Below, piece by piece: positions 30,501 to 32,000 of a DNA stretch of 32,000 nt; position 1 is the stretch's first letter; each line of letters starts with the position of its first letter. This DNA is from an uncultured archaeon (lineage in GTDB: Archaea > Micrarchaeota > Micrarchaeia > Micrarchaeales > CABMGC01), in NCBI GenBank assembly GCA_963704435.1, contig OY969902.1, positions 330,001-362,000 on the forward strand, written 5' to 3'. The notes beneath the pieces were generated by a model. That model ran no database searches and was not told where the DNA came from. It saw only the letters and a program-made list of their open reading frames with translations. A program made the position numbers and the translations under genes.

Positions 30501-31727
30501 ATGTTTATGGACGATTTCCCGAAGCAGAGCCAGCTGAACATAGGCACGCTGGGCCACGTCGACCACGGAAAGACGACGCTAACGTACGCGATAACGCACG
30601 TGTGGACCGACGTCCACAGCGAGAGCATAAAGCGCAGCATGACGATAAAGCTCGGGTACTCGGACGCGGTGATATACCTGTGCGGCGACGCGGCGGGGGC
30701 CGCGGCCTACACCACCAGCGAGAAGTGCAAGAACGGGAAGCCGTCCAGGCCGGTGCGCAGGATATCCCTGCTCGACGCGCCCGGACACGAGACCCTCATG
30801 GCCACCGCGATAGCCGGCTCGAACATAATCGACGCCGCGCTCTTCGTGATAGCCGCGACGGAGCCGTGCCCGATGGCGCAGACCAAGGAGCACCTCATGC
30901 TGATAAACGCGCTGGGCATAAAGAAGGTGATAGTCGTCCAGACCAAGGTCGACATAGTGGGCAGGGAGCAGGCGCTCAAGCACCACGCGCAGATAACGAA
31001 CTTCCTGAAGGGGAGCAGCATCGAGGACGCGGAGATAATACCAGTGATGGCGAACAAGAACATAAACGTCGACGCGGTGCTCGAGGCGATTGCCAAGATC
31101 GAGATGCCGGTCAGGGATACGACGTCCGAGCCCTCGATGTACGTCGCGAGGTCGTTCGACGTGAATAGGCCGGGCACCAAGACAAAGGACCTGCGCGGAG
31201 GCGTCGTGGGGGGCTCGATAATACGCGGGAAGTTCAAGGTCGGGGACGAGATAGAGATAAGGCCGGGGATAAACGCATCGAAGGAGAAGCAGAAGAGGGA
31301 GGTCTATACACCGATAATAACGAAGATAGAGAGCCTGCTCGCCGGGAAGGACGAGCTCGACGAGGCGATCGCCGGCGGGCTGATCGCCGTAGGGACCGGC
31401 CTCGACCCGTCGCTCACGAAGGCGGACGCGCTCGTGGGTCAGGTCGTCGGGCGGGCGGGCAAGCTGCCCGAGTGCGTCAACGACATCGAGATAAAGTACT
31501 CGTCGCTGGACAGGAGCGACCTGCCCAAGCAGGCGTTCAGGCCCAATGAGCCGCTGCTCCTTGGCATAGGGACCGGCACGAACGTGGGATACGTGAAGAC
31601 CGCGAAGAAGGGCGCGCTCGGGATAGAGCTGAGGCACCCCGCATGCATAGACAGGAACACGAAGATCTCGATACTCAGGAACTTCTCACAGAGATGGCAC
31701 CTGTCGGGATACGGGACGCCTGCATAA
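30501..31727 (+). CDS. eif2g: Translation initiation factor aIF2 gamma subunit
   Basis: G1 is GHVDHGKTTL, G3 is LLDAPGHETL, G4 is VVQTKVDIV. Domains II and III follow. 408 aa. Confidence 0.95.
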   Translation: MFMDDFPKQSQLNIGTLGHVDHGKTTLTYAITHVWTDVHSESIKRSMTIKLGYSDAVIYLCGDAAGAAAYTTSEKCKNGKPSRPVRRISLLDAPGHETLMATAIAGSNIIDAALFVIAATEPCPMAQTKEHLMLINALGIKKVIVVQTKVDIVGREQALKHHAQITNFLKGSSIEDAEIIPVMANKNINVDAVLEAIAKIEMPVRDTTSEPSMYVARSFDVNRPGTKTKDLRGGVVGGSIIRGKFKVGDEIEIRPGINASKEKQKREVYTPIITKIESLLAGKDELDEAIAGGLIAVGTGLDPSLTKADALVGQVVGRAGKLPECVNDIEIKYSSLDRSDLPKQAFRPNEPLLLGIGTGTNVGYVKTAKKGALGIELRHPACIDRNTKISILRNFSQRWHLSGYGTPA

Positions 31728-31735
31728 GGATGGCT

Positions 31736-32000
31736 TCAGCCGATGCCTAGCTTCTTCGCCTTCCTTCCTATCTCTTCGACGAACAGCTGCCTCTCCCTTT
31801 CGCTGCCGAGTCCGTATTTCTTCGGGACGCTGAATCCGGATGCGTGTGGGTGCCCCCCTCCACCGAACGCCATGGCAAGCTTCGATATGTCATTCCTCTT
31901 GCTCCTCACGCCGGCGCTGCGCCTGCGGGTCTTGATGAAAATTGCTACGTCCGAATGAGCCCTTGCCATTATGGCCGCACATGCGTCATTGGTGTCTACC
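31736..32000 (-). CDS. DHH-family phosphoesterase, C-terminal DHHA1 part (gene runs off the right edge)
   Basis: AMAFGGGGHPHASGFSV is the DHHA1 GGGH..A.G signature. The frame stays open upstream of the Met at 31969 to position 32000 (...VDTNDACAAIMARAH...). Confidence 0.75.
   Translation of the reverse strand, partial: VDTNDACAAIMARAHSDVAIFIKTRRRSAGVRSKRNDISKLAMAFGGGGHPHASGFSVPKKYGLGSERERQLFVEEIGRKAKKLGIG

Overview
Archaeal chromosomal window, roughly 55-60% GC by eye, with three AT-rich islands (about 961-1990, 5052-6534 and 24791-27110). Archaeal origin is supported by aIF2-gamma, ribosomal protein S6e, CDC48/VCP, a tRNA-Gln with an A1-U72 pair, class III (type IV pilin-like) signal peptides, and AT-rich TATA-like boxes about 25-35 nt upstream of several starts. 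The lineage cannot be assigned from sequence alone; the compact overlapping genes and adhesin-heavy content would fit an episymbiotic or DPANN-like archaeon, but that is a guess.

Layout, left to right:
- 1-960: a three-gene ATGA-coupled minus-strand operon ending in a secreted protein.
- 961-3359: a tRNA-Cys with an adjacent tyrosine integrase (fused to a C-terminal zinc ribbon) and one AT-rich wHTH cargo gene.
- 3434-4585: a four-CBS protein whose C-terminus looks like an HPF/RaiA ribosome-hibernation module.
- 4572-21386, the dominant feature: a type IV pilus-like locus. Five plus-strand genes carry pilin-type N-termini; three of them are 718-1116 aa proteins built from seven LamG/concanavalin-type modules in total, plus an Ig-like insert and a PQQ-type beta-propeller. 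They converge on a minus-strand assembly operon: FlaI/PilB-type ATPase, two T2SS-F platform genes (one with a roughly 200 aa Pro/Ala/Lys-rich repeat extension), an orphan ORF, and a wH plus coiled-coil protein with a stand-alone duplicate of its N-domain. An AT-rich AAA+/PD-(D/E)xK gene splits the pilin cluster.
- 21439-23396: three RCK/TrkA-N genes, two of them channel-like but with no GYG filter.
- 23557-24790: an HD phosphohydrolase and an MPG-type DNA glycosylase.
- 24899-27068: a MNT-HEPN pair, an IS200-type TnpA-only element with matched end hairpins, and tRNA-Gln.
- 27127-32000: housekeeping genes (M50 protease, CDC48, S6e, aIF2-gamma, partial DHH/DHHA1).

No CRISPR array or rRNA was seen. 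All functional calls come from motif recognition by eye; no database search was run.
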